A stretch of 64,000 bases of DNA from Podarcis melisellensis (lineage: Eukaryota). The DNA lies in the NCBI GenBank assembly GCA_964234715.1, contig OZ174277.1. The stretch is one strand, 5' to 3'. Below are positions 50,391 to 61,400 of the stretch, piece by piece (position 1 is the stretch's first letter; the number at the start of each line of letters is the position of its first letter). The notes beneath the pieces were generated by a model that saw nothing but the letters and a program-made list of their open reading frames with translations, was not told the origin of the DNA and ran no database searches. A program made the translations under genes and the position numbers.

Positions 50391-52734
50391 GCAAATAATT
50401 AGAACAAAAATAAGGGGAACCGTTTACTCCACCCTGAAGCCTTTGAAGATGGACTATAAATGCAAAATTTGATTTGAAGTAAAAAAAATTAATGAAATGA
50501 TTTTAAAATGTTGTGTTATTTTATTGTTGTTAGCTGCCCTGAGCCCAGCTTCGGCTGGGGAGGGTGGGATATAAAAAAAATATTATTATTATTATTAAAA
50601 AATAAAAATAATAAATGCATAATTTCTCTATGCCAGTAAGTGAATTTCTTTCCTTGCTCTTGACTACCTCTCTTTTCATAACCACCCAGATAAATTACAT
50701 GCAAAGTAGACTTATCTATTACAGTACAGGCATTAAAAACATATGGCATAGTGGTGAGGAGTCACTACTAGAATAACCAATTGCCACCAGAAGCAAAAAT
50801 TGTGATTTTTTTTCAATAAAAACATGGCATACATAACAGGATTGCTCTAGTTCTAATCCCTACGCAGCATTCTAGATTTAAGACTGCAGAAGATAGTGGC
50901 AGACTATACAGACTGAGCTATACAGTCTAGCTGTTTGTTTCAGTGGGATGTGAATGACATCGGGCTTCTCTAATGCTCTTCTTGGACAAATCATAGCAAC
51001 ATTAACATCCAGAGACCTCAATGCTCCAGAGTTACTTCTGTAGCGCCATCTCCCCCTCCCCTTTTCTTGTTCACCTTTTTTTTATGAAAACCATTACTCT
51101 ACATAGTTCTCAACCCCAGCTGAAATGAAGTTGATGCACATACAATTACACCTGTTCATATTGAACTGCAGAATTTCCCCTTCTTCCCTTCTCTTCTCTA
51201 GCACTGGTTATCCCTCAATGCTTACATTTACACTCAAAGGTCCTCAACACAAGGACCTGTATTATCTCAGGCTTGGGTTTGCTCTTTGAAGTATTGTGTA
51301 TGATGATAGTGGTCCCCTATAAATAACAACAGAAGGTGAGAAAAATGGTAAAATATGTATTTCTATAGCTGCAAATTACCTCCTCGTCTGAACACTAAAT
51401 GGCAACAGCAATGAATATGTGCCCCAATGTATTTTAAATGTGCTATTTTAAAATGTGACTGACTGCTCTCTGTTTTCCAGTGAGTCTATTTCCAAACGTA
51501 GTCAACCTGTCTGAGTTCTCCCCATAGTTTATTATAACTCTATTTAGAATCTGTGAAGATACAAGCAGCCCTATCCTTTGCACAGATCAAAAAAGGTTTC
51601 CACTTTAGGTGCTCATTCTATATTGTTTAAAACCTATCGTTCTTGTTGTTTTGTAATGTTTTTAAAACATTGTTAAAACATTATGGTATGTTTATAAATT
51701 ACCTTGAGATGCATGTAAAATGCAATTCATAAATTACTAAACAATAATAATGAAAGGTAAGTTCCACTGATTTCAATGGTGCTTATTCCTAATCATTTGA
51801 CAGGCCCTCATTAATCTTCCAAAGAGTTAAAATTAGCATTAAGGAGCCAGCTATTTGAGGTTTCCTAAAGGGCACACACAACCTATAAGTTTAAGGATGA
51901 TATCCAACTAAGTGGATATCAATGGACTAAAGTTACTTAAGTCCATTCCCCCCCCCCTCACTTAGTTGGCTTAGTTGGCTATTGACCATAGCATCTGGTC
52001 CTCTAATGCAAAATGTGGGGTGGGCAGAAAATCCTCAGATGAGTCTGAATGTTTTAATTACTTTCAGATTTCTACATTAAAGTCATGAACAGGCCTTGTT
52101 ATTTTTAGTCAGATCCCTCCACCCCCAACACAGCCATTTTCTAACCTTACCACAAACTTTTCTCTTCAAAGAGAAAAGTACTCTTTGAAAAGCACTCTTT
52201 CTCTTTAGCTAATGCTAAAGTCTATATACAATTACTTCAATATTGTAAGACTTTATTCATGCTGTATGTCTTTTGGAGCCATTTTTTACGCTAATTAATA
52301 TGACTCTCATGTTATCCTCTTAAGTGATTTTTCTCTTTTTCCAATTGATCATATTGCAGAGTAAGAAAAAAGAAGTATACAATGCAACATTCACCTAGCC
52401 CAAACCCTAGGTGCTTACACCATATTTGAGGAGTTATTCCTCATCACCACAATAGTAAGTCATAACAACCTCACTATTTCATGGAACTACCCATCGCATA
52501 CAGTATTTGGGAAGATGCAGTTTGCAAGTAAAACCTGACAATGGTCTAGCAATAAGCAGAAAAGGGACTGTTCCCTAGAGACACAGGTTCAGTTCTCCAG
52601 TTCATAAGCATCACTTTCTAATAATATTTATAATAATAATAATAAAATGCCAGCACTGGGGACTCTCAGTTGGAAGGCTTATATTCAGAACCTCAAAGCA
52701 GCCTGAAAAAACTGATGTCAATTGTGACTCTTGG

Positions 52735-53745
52735 AAGGACGTGGCCTTGAATGTGTGTCCCGTCAAGTCGTCAACACGTGGTGCCAAGAACCCCCTCGGT
52801 CTGAAAAATCAGATTTGCAACAGGCGCGTTTTGAAGAAATCAAATGCTCTCCAAGGGACCGAAAAAGCAGGGCGGTGGGGGGGGGGGAAGGAGCGTAAAG
52901 GGAGCCCGACTCCACTTTGCCCTTCTGCAGCGTGGAAGCCCAGCAGCTGCCTGCATAACAGCTTGACCAGAAGAGGGGAAACTTGGAGCCGGGCTGCCTT
53001 TCACAGCTCTCCCAAGTGCCTCTTCAGCCCATCTGTGGGAGATGCTGCAGTGAAACACCGACCATTTGCTGCTTCTCTTCATTTACTGACGTGGAGGGAA
53101 GACTCAGAAGAAGCAGGCGAGGGATGAGGAGAAAGAAGAAGCGGGCTGGGGAGGGAGAGCAACCGAAGTGTGTCTGTGTGTGTTTACCAGAAGCCCCTCA
53201 CAGCTCTAGGGAACTAGCTCCATGCCGGCAAACTTTACTGTACCTCGTTGCTGAGGCGCTGCCTGTTGCTGGTGCTGCTGCTGCTGCTGCTGCGGCGGCG
53301 GCTGAAGAACTTGAGCGCCGCACCGGCTCAGTAAGGCGGCCAGGACCAAGAGAGGAGGCAGAGCGGGTCGCGTCATTGCTCCTCCTCAGCGGCAGACGCC
53401 GCGCGCTCTCGCTCTCTCCCGGCTAGCGAAATGAGTTTCAAGTGAAGAGACGCTGCCTGAGAGGGAGAGAGGCGTCGAAGCCGCTGCCACAAGGGAGGGC
53501 GCCGCGGAAGGATACGCCCCTGTCCCGCTCCGCGCGCTCCCTCAGCCTGGCCCGCTCGCCTCAGTCAGGCACCGGCCAAGGGCCTGAGGAGGTCACGGGA
53601 CAATGAACAATCGGGGAAGCTTTCCAAGGACGGAGGAGGCTTCGAGGGAATGAAGAGGGCAGCGAGTGACGCGCGCGCCCGGGGTGGAGGTTGCGGAACA
53701 GCGACAAGGTCTTGGCCAAAAAGCGTGAAGAAAAACAACAACGGA
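52735..53745. promoter_or_regulatory. CpG island and promoter spanning exon 1
   Basis: Sharp rise in GC and CpG density (gcgcgc, cgcgcgcc, ccgcgcgc runs) against a CpG-depleted background. No clear TATA box. CACGTG at ~52775 and half-CRE TGACG sites at ~53087, over the ATG and at ~53667. The exact TSS cannot be determined. Confidence 0.85.
53244..53376 (-). CDS. LAMA2: Coding part of exon 1 of laminin subunit alpha-2 (signal peptide plus Gln-rich N-terminus), 44 codons + 1 nt, phase-1 intron
   Basis: ATG at 53376-53374 in context GAGCAATGA (G at -3). Translation is MTRPALPPLLVLAALLSRCGA|QVLQPPPQQQQQQHQQQAAPQQR-G, with a hydrophobic core and a small-residue cleavage site (CGA|Q). Donor is GAG|GTACAG at 53244/53243. 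The exon lies in a CpG island. The ending QQR|G and the Gln-rich mature start match human LAMA2 exon 1 as recalled; LAMA1 lacks the Gln-rich tract. Confidence 0.82.
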
Positions 53746-53802
53746 CTGGAAAACAACAGGAATGGGAACTTTTAACAGTAGAAATAATAATAATAATAAT
53801 CC

Positions 53803-53908
53803 CATTTTCCTACTCATATTGAAATACTACCCCTCAATGAGGCCAAACTTAGATTCACAAAATGTTTAGGGCATGCGTACCCCTGCGTACCCGCAGAAAA
53901 AAGCACTG
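53803..53908 (-). mobile_element. hAT MITE family B, partial copy embedded between (AAT)n and (GAT)n runs
   Basis: Reverse complement of ~60670-60775 and retains one TIR (AAAAAAGCACTG). Confidence 0.85.
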
Positions 53909-54052
53909 ATGATGATGATGATGATGATGATAATAATAGGACCTCACCTCAGTGGAAGAAGTTTCATGGAATGACCTAGAACTCACTTCACCATCAGCAA
54001 CTCCAGGCACTGAACTGGACCAATAAATGAGATGTGAATTTGAAGCGATATA

Positions 54053-54294
54053 CAGTGGTACCTCAGGTTAAGAACTTAATTCGTTCTGGAGATCCGTTCT
54101 TAACCTGAAACTGTTCTTAACCTGAAGCACCACTTTAGCTAATGGGGCCTCCCACTGCTGCCACGTCGCTGCTACGTGATTTCTGTTCCCATCCTGAAGC
54201 AAAGTTCTTAACCCGAGGTACTATTTCTGGGTTAGCGGAGTCTATAACCTGAAGCATCTGTAACTTGAAGCGTCTGTAACCCGAGGTACCACTG
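54053..54294 (+). mobile_element. Tigger/pogo-type MITE, family A copy 3
   Basis: TA-CAGTGGTACCTCAGGTTA...TAACCCGAGGTACCACTG-TA, with an extra subterminal TGTAAC.TGAAGC repeat. Confidence 0.93.
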
Positions 54295-54989
54295 TACACC
54301 GCCTCCATGTAGCAGGCCTGGCATTTTTAACGTGTGCTCATGTGTCTTGGAGGTTTTTCCAAACTAAAATACTGGGAGAATTGTGGTGATAGTGAAAGGG
54401 ACGGGGATGGAACAATGGAAGATTCTGGGTTCAAATCAGTTTGGTGCGGTTTAGCCCGGGGGTATATATTACAGACTCTTGAACAGGGAATAAAGGAGCC
54501 TGCAGAGGTTCCCTGAGAATACTGTAGATAATAGTATGTACAGAACGGTAGCTCTCCTATTCCCCTTGAGAGAAGTCACTGACCATGAACCGATGAGGAA
54601 ACCAACACATTGAAAAGATACGTGGGTCAAATAGTGAAGCTGAAGTGATGGGTTCCTTCATCATTGCTCTCAATATTTCTTCCCTCCATTCCCTCTTTAC
54701 TACATTAGCCCTCAATTACTTTCAGGCACGCTTGTGGAATAAAAAAGCATACGCCCATTTATCTGGTGACATTTTACGTCAGACTGATTCTCAGTGCATC
54801 AGTTGTACGCAGTAACATCCTGTAAAGTGTGTGATAATTTTACCAGGTCCTGCCTTCCCAGCCAGTTTACTGTGGTGTAGTTACACATATATTATGCTCA
54901 ACTTTTTGTTTGCAGATGTGTGACAGGGTATGCTACCAGCATATGTTTCAAATCTTGTCTGCTCCCAATTCCTTTGTATGTGTTACCCA

Positions 54990-55550
54990 GCTACCTCATC
55001 ATGGCAGTCTAGTCATCCTGTTCTTCATTAGCTTCAGCTCTGCTGACTGGCCTACATACAGTGCATTATATTAATCCAGTCATGAGGTTACCAGCACACA
55101 GATCACTGTGGCCAGACTTTTCTTGGCCAGGAACAGACATAGCTAGCATGTCAGCCATGACTGCAGCACCCCCAGACTTCACAACTCCTTTTTCAGAGGG
55201 AGTGTGATCTTATTCAGGGCAGACTCCTTGCTTATTTCCCAGACCTGTGAACTGCCCACCCACAATGCCTCCATCTTGTCAGGATTCAATTCCAGCTTAG
55301 TAGCCCTCATCTAAGCCACCACAGGATCCAAACACAGCTCCAGGACCTGCACAGCCACACCCGACTCCCAAGTTATAGGGAAAGTTGAGTTTTAATGGCA
55401 TATTGGAGACACCTCACTCCAAATCTCCCAATGACCACTCTCAATGACTTTGCATAAAACAACATTCAGGAGAAAATGTCACCCCATGGCGTAACTGCCA
55501 GAGGCCTGAGGTAATTGTCTCCCAAAGCTGTAGGTAGGAGCTGGACCACT
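54990..55550 (-). mobile_element. Degenerate L2 ORF2 fragment
   Basis: Minus-strand remnants MRATKLELNPDKME and LVTS*LD*YNALYVG. Confidence 0.75.
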
Positions 55551-56159
55551 TTCGACTCGGAGAGCTGAAATATGCTCATAAATGTTGAGAAGTTTTCTGT
55601 TTAAATGTTTATTTTGGCCATATTCACATCTTTGCCAATTAAAGAAACGTAATAAAAATCTGAGTTAGCCTTTAACCTACGGATCCACTGCATTGTGTTG
55701 CTGCAGGTCCTATTTGTATTATCTACTGGATCAAGAGAACTGATAACAGCTAATATGGTACATAGAAAAAGTAGGGTAAGGGATACAAACCTTAGATACA
55801 AAGGGAGAAACTAATCATTTGAGGACAGGAGCTGGTGTACCTGCTCAAGATCACTTAAAAAGCTGAGCCTACCCATAATCATCTTTAACAACTCTTCCTG
55901 CACATAATCAGAGAGATAAAAGGGTGTGCTTCCCTACCCATCTATACTTACTGCTGAAGTGTGGATGCCTAATGCATTGGTAATTGTGGACATAAAAGTG
56001 TTACTTGTACTCTATTGACACTGAGAACAAGGGTTTGGCCTTGAGTGTGTTGAACTTAGAGATCAAGAAATATAACTAGTGGAATAATCTATATTCTTGG
56101 GAGGGTTGGTAACAAAATTGGAGTTGTGAAGGTGACATAAAAGGGCTATGAGGATGATC

Positions 56160-56480
56160 TAAAAAGGATTGGATTACATGCTGCCAAGGACAGAAAACTT
56201 AGTAAAGATTTGGAAGGCCAAAGATATTTCATTAGAAACTAAAATCAATACCTATGATTCAATTGTCATGCCGTTCTTCTTCCTTGGGTTGAAATATTGG
56301 AGAAGAAGGACAGCCAGATAAAGAGCTTGACAATGGAATTGAGATGGCCGAGGAGCATGCTGAGTTTCAAGACTGAAAGAAAGAAGATATGGAATAGAAG
56401 AAAAATGGGGAGGGCAAGAAATCACAGTGGTATAAAAGGTCCAAAAACAGAGCTACTGTTTCTGGAATGCACTCCAAGGA
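56160..56480 (+). mobile_element. Old RTE-clade LINE fragment
   Basis: Translation KIWKAKDISLETKINTYDSIVMP and MELRWPRSML resemble the RTE post-RT domain. Confidence 0.55.
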
Positions 56481-58149
56481 AAGCCATTCATCTGGTGTGT
56501 CACCTATCACACTGCAGGATAAGAGAAGCACAAGAAAACCAGGATTAGATCACAAAAATATCAATCCTAAACACCTCTCAATGGGAGGACATGCCATAAA
56601 TTTCAATGGGACCAAGTAAGCATAAGGTTGACTTGAAGGAATATTGGCGCAACTTAAAGGCAAACTTGTTAGAGCATGGGCAGTTATAGGAAAGAGCCCA
56701 CCCTTTATCACATCCATAAAAAATGCACACACTTAAATACATTCAAGAGTCATTCAGATGAAAACTTGATTGAACTTATCTGTATATGCAGCACAGCTGG
56801 ATTTGTTTATGCAGTGCTTAGTTTATTTATTTGTAGAGCATTTGTAGTACGCTGTTCTTCAGCCAAAAAGGCTCCCAGAGCAGTTTACCATACAATCAAC
56901 TAAAAGAAAACAATCCTTGCCCATGGGGTTACAATGTAAAAGACATAACACAAAAGGGGGGAAAGGGCAGGGAGGGGAAACGGACTCAGGCACCATTTTT
57001 TAAATAGTACAATAGTTCTTATAACGAACACCTGAAATTGAACTAACCCAGGGACAGGAGGTGCTTGATGGAACTGGTCTTTCAGCTAGAATGAGCCCTG
57101 CTTCTTATGTCTCCCATTTAGGCAACTGCCTGGAATGGCTGCTACCAGGCCATAAAATACTTCGTGTTCAGTTGGTTTAGTTAGTTTGGTTTACTTACTA
57201 TTTATTTCTGGGCTCCCTGCCTTTTGACCCTTCAGCCTGATGCATATACACATTCATTTCTTGCTAAATACAACAATAAATGTTCACTTGCATGTTTGAA
57301 TGAACCCTCACAGATCAAACGGCATGGATAGAATGTATGTATTTAAACAAATTGCCTTCCTTATCACATCTTTTTTGGTGATGGGCTATAAGTTCTTATG
57401 ATGGCATACTGTGATAAATATAACAGGGCAACATTGCAAAATCTTCCATAACATGGAGCTAGCATCTTGTTAGAGAAAACCTGTGCAAACTGAGTATGAG
57501 ATACAAATCATATGGCATATGAAAAAGATGCAGAAATTTTGCATGGAGACTTCACTTTCCTGAAAGCCCTCTTTTCTTCATGTATTTGCTTAGCTACTTC
57601 AAGCCCAAAATTCAATTCAAATGCACATCACATTGTGCTGACAACAGAGAATTCTGCTCAATGTAAATAAATATACAATCCATTTATTCCCTTCACTACT
57701 CATCCATGCTGAACAGAGCTCTTTTCTTCTGCAATTCTTCTGCAATTGAGACCTGGACCAAAATGGTACATGTGCCAGTTACTTGCACTTTCTTTTCAAA
57801 GGACTCTCATTACTTCTTAAGCATTCTAAAAATTGGTATACATTTTCTACCAGTAAAATGACAGCAACCAGAATTTCCCCACTGTCACTCTCAAGCATAT
57901 GGAAAATGAGGCACAGAGGAATTCTTAACTTCTTAGTAAGGAACCATATACTTAAGATTAACTTTGACCATTTTTAAAGTTAGCCGTGCCAAATATTAGT
58001 CTTATATAGTTTGTATGAAACACCCCCTTCCTTTCTTGAACTTTATGCTGCATCATCTCTTGCAGCTTGTACACTTTTCAGTGGACAAACAGGACAACAA
58101 GGGTGGTAGCTGGCAAGCCTATCCCAATTCATACTGTCTTGTCATAATT

Positions 58150-58418
58150 ATAGAATCATACAGTTGGGGGATGCCTTGTGGGCCATGTCATTCCCCCGTG
58201 CTTTGTGTAGAAATCCAGAGCTAGAGATGGGCTTGAAGAGGGAGAGTCCATAACCCTTCTAGGTAGCTGGATCCATAGTGAAATGTCTTACCATCAATAT
58301 ATTTCTGAAAATGTTCCGCTGAAACATTCATCCTTAGTCTCTCCAGGGCAGCAAAAAGCAAGTCTTCACCCTCTTCTAAATGATGGTCCTCCAGGTACAT
58401 GAAGAGCCCCACCACATG
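58150..58418 (-). mobile_element. CR1 3' fragment, part 1 of a split element
   Basis: TAGAATCATACAGTTGG terminus; minus strand reads FMYLEDHHLEEGEDLLFAALER. Confidence 0.75.
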
Positions 58419-58419
58419 T

Positions 58420-58993
58420 GAGCTTTGAGGTTGGTCTGGAGGCTGCAGCTAGTACAGAATAGGGCCACTAGCATACTTGTGAGGGCAAGCTACCACCAAC
58501 ATCTAACACCTTGTCCACAGGATCTGCACTGGCTATCAGCCAAATGCAAGGTTTTGGTACTAACATATAAGGCCCTATACAGCCTAGGTCCACATTACTG
58601 GAGTGACTAACTTATTCTTTATTCACCCAGTAGGTCACTGCATTCTGCAGGAGAATTTCCCCTTGAAGTCCCAGATAAAATATCAGAAGCCAATTCCACA
58701 GTAACTTGGAGCAGGGCTTTCAGTGTAGCTACGCATGCTCTGTTGATATCTCATATCACTGATGAGATATGAAAAGTGCCCAGTACTGTATTTGTACTTT
58801 CTAGAAACAATCAAATACTTTTTTTTAACATATTTTTCAGATGGATAAAAATGCCTGAGGTGTTTATTTTGTACTGTTTTTAAATACATCTTTTGTACCC
58901 TTTTAGAACTATTTTTATGTCTTTTTATGGTATGTTTGCATATTGCCTCAAGACTTGTGTGAAAGGCAATTCATAAATTAATAATAATAAAAT
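58420..58993 (+). mobile_element. L2 3' fragment inserted into CR1
   Basis: Translation LQLVQNRATSILV...LHWL...KVLVLTYKALYSLGPHY, then a 3' UTR with an (AAT)n tail. Confidence 0.85.
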
Positions 58994-59150
58994 GATCTCC
59001 CTCTAAAAAATTTCCCTCCCCTCGGGGCTAAACATCTAGAGTTCCCTCAACCTTTCCTAATAGGATTTGCTTTCTATACCACTGACCATCTACTCTGCCT
59101 TATTCTGAACCTGTTCCAGTTTGTCTAGATCCTTCTTAAACTGGGCACAG
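58994..59150 (-). mobile_element. CR1 fragment, part 2 of the split element
   Basis: Minus strand FKKDLDKLEQVQNKA and AGGGAACTCTAGATGTTTAGCC, continuing the 58150-58418 piece. Confidence 0.75.
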
Positions 59151-59152
59151 TA

Positions 59153-59378
59153 CAGTGGTACCTCGGGTTAAGAACTTAATTCGTTCTGAAGGTCCGTTCT
59201 GAACCTGAAACTGTCCTTAACCTCAAGCACCACTTTAGCGAATGGGGCCTTCCGCTGCTGCCGCGCCGCTGGAGCACAATTTCTGTTCTCATCCTGAAGC
59301 AAAGTTCTTAACCCGAGGTACTATTTCTGGGTTAGCGGAGCCTGTAACCTGAAGCGTATGTAACCTGAGGTGCCACTG
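59153..59378 (+). mobile_element. Tigger/pogo-type MITE, family A copy 4
   Basis: TA-CAGTGGTACCTCGGGTTA...TAACCTGAGGTGCCACTG-TA. Confidence 0.93.
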
Positions 59379-60669
59379 TACATTATTCACTTACCTGTTC
59401 CAATGGCTTTATCAGTTTAGTCATGTCACTGTGTGAAATCTACTGAATTCACACGGTATGCAGAGGCAAGTTGGTGTTTACCACTGAGTATATATTCAAC
59501 AGGGAACTGCCAGTAATCATGGCTACCTGATAAGTGTATGTGGACAATACCCATTTGTTGCAAGTACTTTATAGCTTTAGGTGTATACCTAGATAGAGTG
59601 TGAAATCACCCTTTGACAATAAATAGAGTGGTATTCATCTTGGGTTTAATAAAGCTCTTTAAACTGGCTATACAGTTTGCAGCTGTATACTTGATTTAGT
59701 ATACATTTTCAGAGTATCCCAATCTCACTTCTTAGGAAGCTGAATGTTATTTATCCATGTCAAGTTGTGGCTGACCTTTATTCCAAGCAGAAAGTCAGAA
59801 GAATCTGCCCAAACAGTTGAGAACTAATAAGAGCAGGTAGCAGCAGAAGCAATGCTCTGACCCTGAATTCAATTATGCCAAGCAGGTCCCTGGATCAGGC
59901 CCACCCCCACAAGGAAACAATAATGGGATGTTTGAAAGGGATAATAGAGACATATAGGAGGAGTAAAATGACAGGTGTGTAGCAAACCTGACCTTGAGTC
60001 ACCAGTCAGCCTGAGTTCAGATAGTCCATAATTACATGGACTCTGGTTCTGAGTGACAGTGGGGGGAAACTGGTCCTGCATGAAATTCAGCTGCCATTCT
60101 AACAATGTCACGGGGCTTTATCATGACAAATATCATTGTTCTATGATATAAAAAAATAGCTGGTATTCAAGATTGATGGCACAGAGACAATAATATTAGA
60201 ACAAATCAAGGATGAAATATAAAAGGTATAAGATGTATGTATAGTGTCATTACCATATAGGTTCAGTCTGATTAAGGAAAGATAAAGGTATAAGCACCTA
60301 CTGATTAAGGTATGTGACTCTGGTGGGCAGACTTCAGGCATGTCAAATCTATGTTGTTTTTACTATGTTGTTTTTACTACGTTGTTGTTTTGCTGCTAAC
60401 TGAAGCCTGGGGTAAAAAAAAATGTATTAGAATTTAAGAACAAGATCCCCAGGAATTTGTTTTCAATGACAGAACTGAACTGAGCTCATAGTCACTTCTC
60501 CCAAAAGTCCATTCCTGTTACCTTTCTTCATTTCAACAATACAATTTAGGGGGAAATTCATTTTGTTGTTCGGAGTCAGAAGCTCTTGTCAATCTACTGC
60601 AGATCACTTAAAGTTTAACTATAGATCCCAACTTACCTTCTGCCTCCACTTTCTGGTATAAGATATATA

Positions 60670-60814
60670 CAGTGCTTTTTCTGGGGGGACGCAGGGGTAT
60701 GCATACCCCTAAACATTTTGTGAATCTAAGTTTGGCCTCATTGAGGGGCAGTATTTCAATATGAGTAGGAAAGTGAGAGTACCCCTAAACATTTTTTTTA
60801 GGAAAAAAGCACTG
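60670..60814 (+). mobile_element. hAT MITE family B, complete copy
   Basis: TIRs CAGTGCTTTTT/AAAAAGCACTG with an 8-bp TSD GATATATA/GATATACA. Confidence 0.9.
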
Positions 60815-61024
60815 GATATACATAGATTCAATGTTTTTTTAAACACACACACACACACAAAACAAAAACCTGCCAGGTTAAGATTGAAACTAAGACTGTT
60901 TCAAACTCCATAAAGCCAGGTAACTGGAGGTTCGGTCTGATGCCTTAACGCATGTGTCCAGGGATCAGCAATGATGTTGTGCAATGCCACAAGATCTCCA
61001 TACTTACAACCCTCCCTTACAAAA

Positions 61025-61400
61025 AGTATGGTGTGACCACACTTGAAATACTGTGTAGATTTAAGTTTGCTTCACCTCAAAAGAGATATTGTAGAACTGG
61101 AAACAGTTCAGAAAAGAGCAGCCAAATTGATCAAGTAGATGGAGCAACTTCAAACATTTGGGATTTTTGTTTAGTTTTTTACTTTTGAGAAAGGTGTATG
61201 CATGGTGTGGAGAAAGTAGATGAAGAAATGCTTTTCTTCCTCTCCCATAATACTAGAACTTGACACCATCCAACTAAGGTGAATGTCGGAAGATTAAGTA
61301 CATGCAAATAAAGGTACTTTTTCACAAAATGCATAAACTATGAAATTTGCTCCCACAAGAGGTAGTGATGGCCACCGATTTAGACAACTTTTCAAGAGGA
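61025..61400 (+). mobile_element. CR1 ORF2 C-terminal fragment
   Basis: Translation PHLKYCV and LKRDIVELETVQKRAAKLIK, plus GTAGTGATGGCCACC. Confidence 0.85.

Larger units (their letters stand above)
1..53243 (-). other. LAMA2: Intron 1 of the putative LAMA2 gene (continues beyond the window start)
   Basis: Begins GTACAG at the exon-1 donor. By eye I found no sequence encoding the expected exon 2 (LFPAVLNLASNA..TNATCGE..EMYCKLVEHVPG). Repeat-rich throughout. Mammalian LAMA2 is known to have a very large first intron. Confidence 0.7.

Noticed and set aside
52869-52892. G-run with G-quadruplex potential near the start of intron 1
   Set aside because: A mononucleotide G-run like others in the window (32241, 38055); common near CpG islands and its length is prone to sequencing error.
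52983-53426. 147-aa plus-strand ORF with a poly-Ala run, the longest in the track
   Set aside because: It starts at TTG and is the antisense shadow of the GC-rich exon 1; the poly-Ala is the CAG/CCG repeat read backwards.
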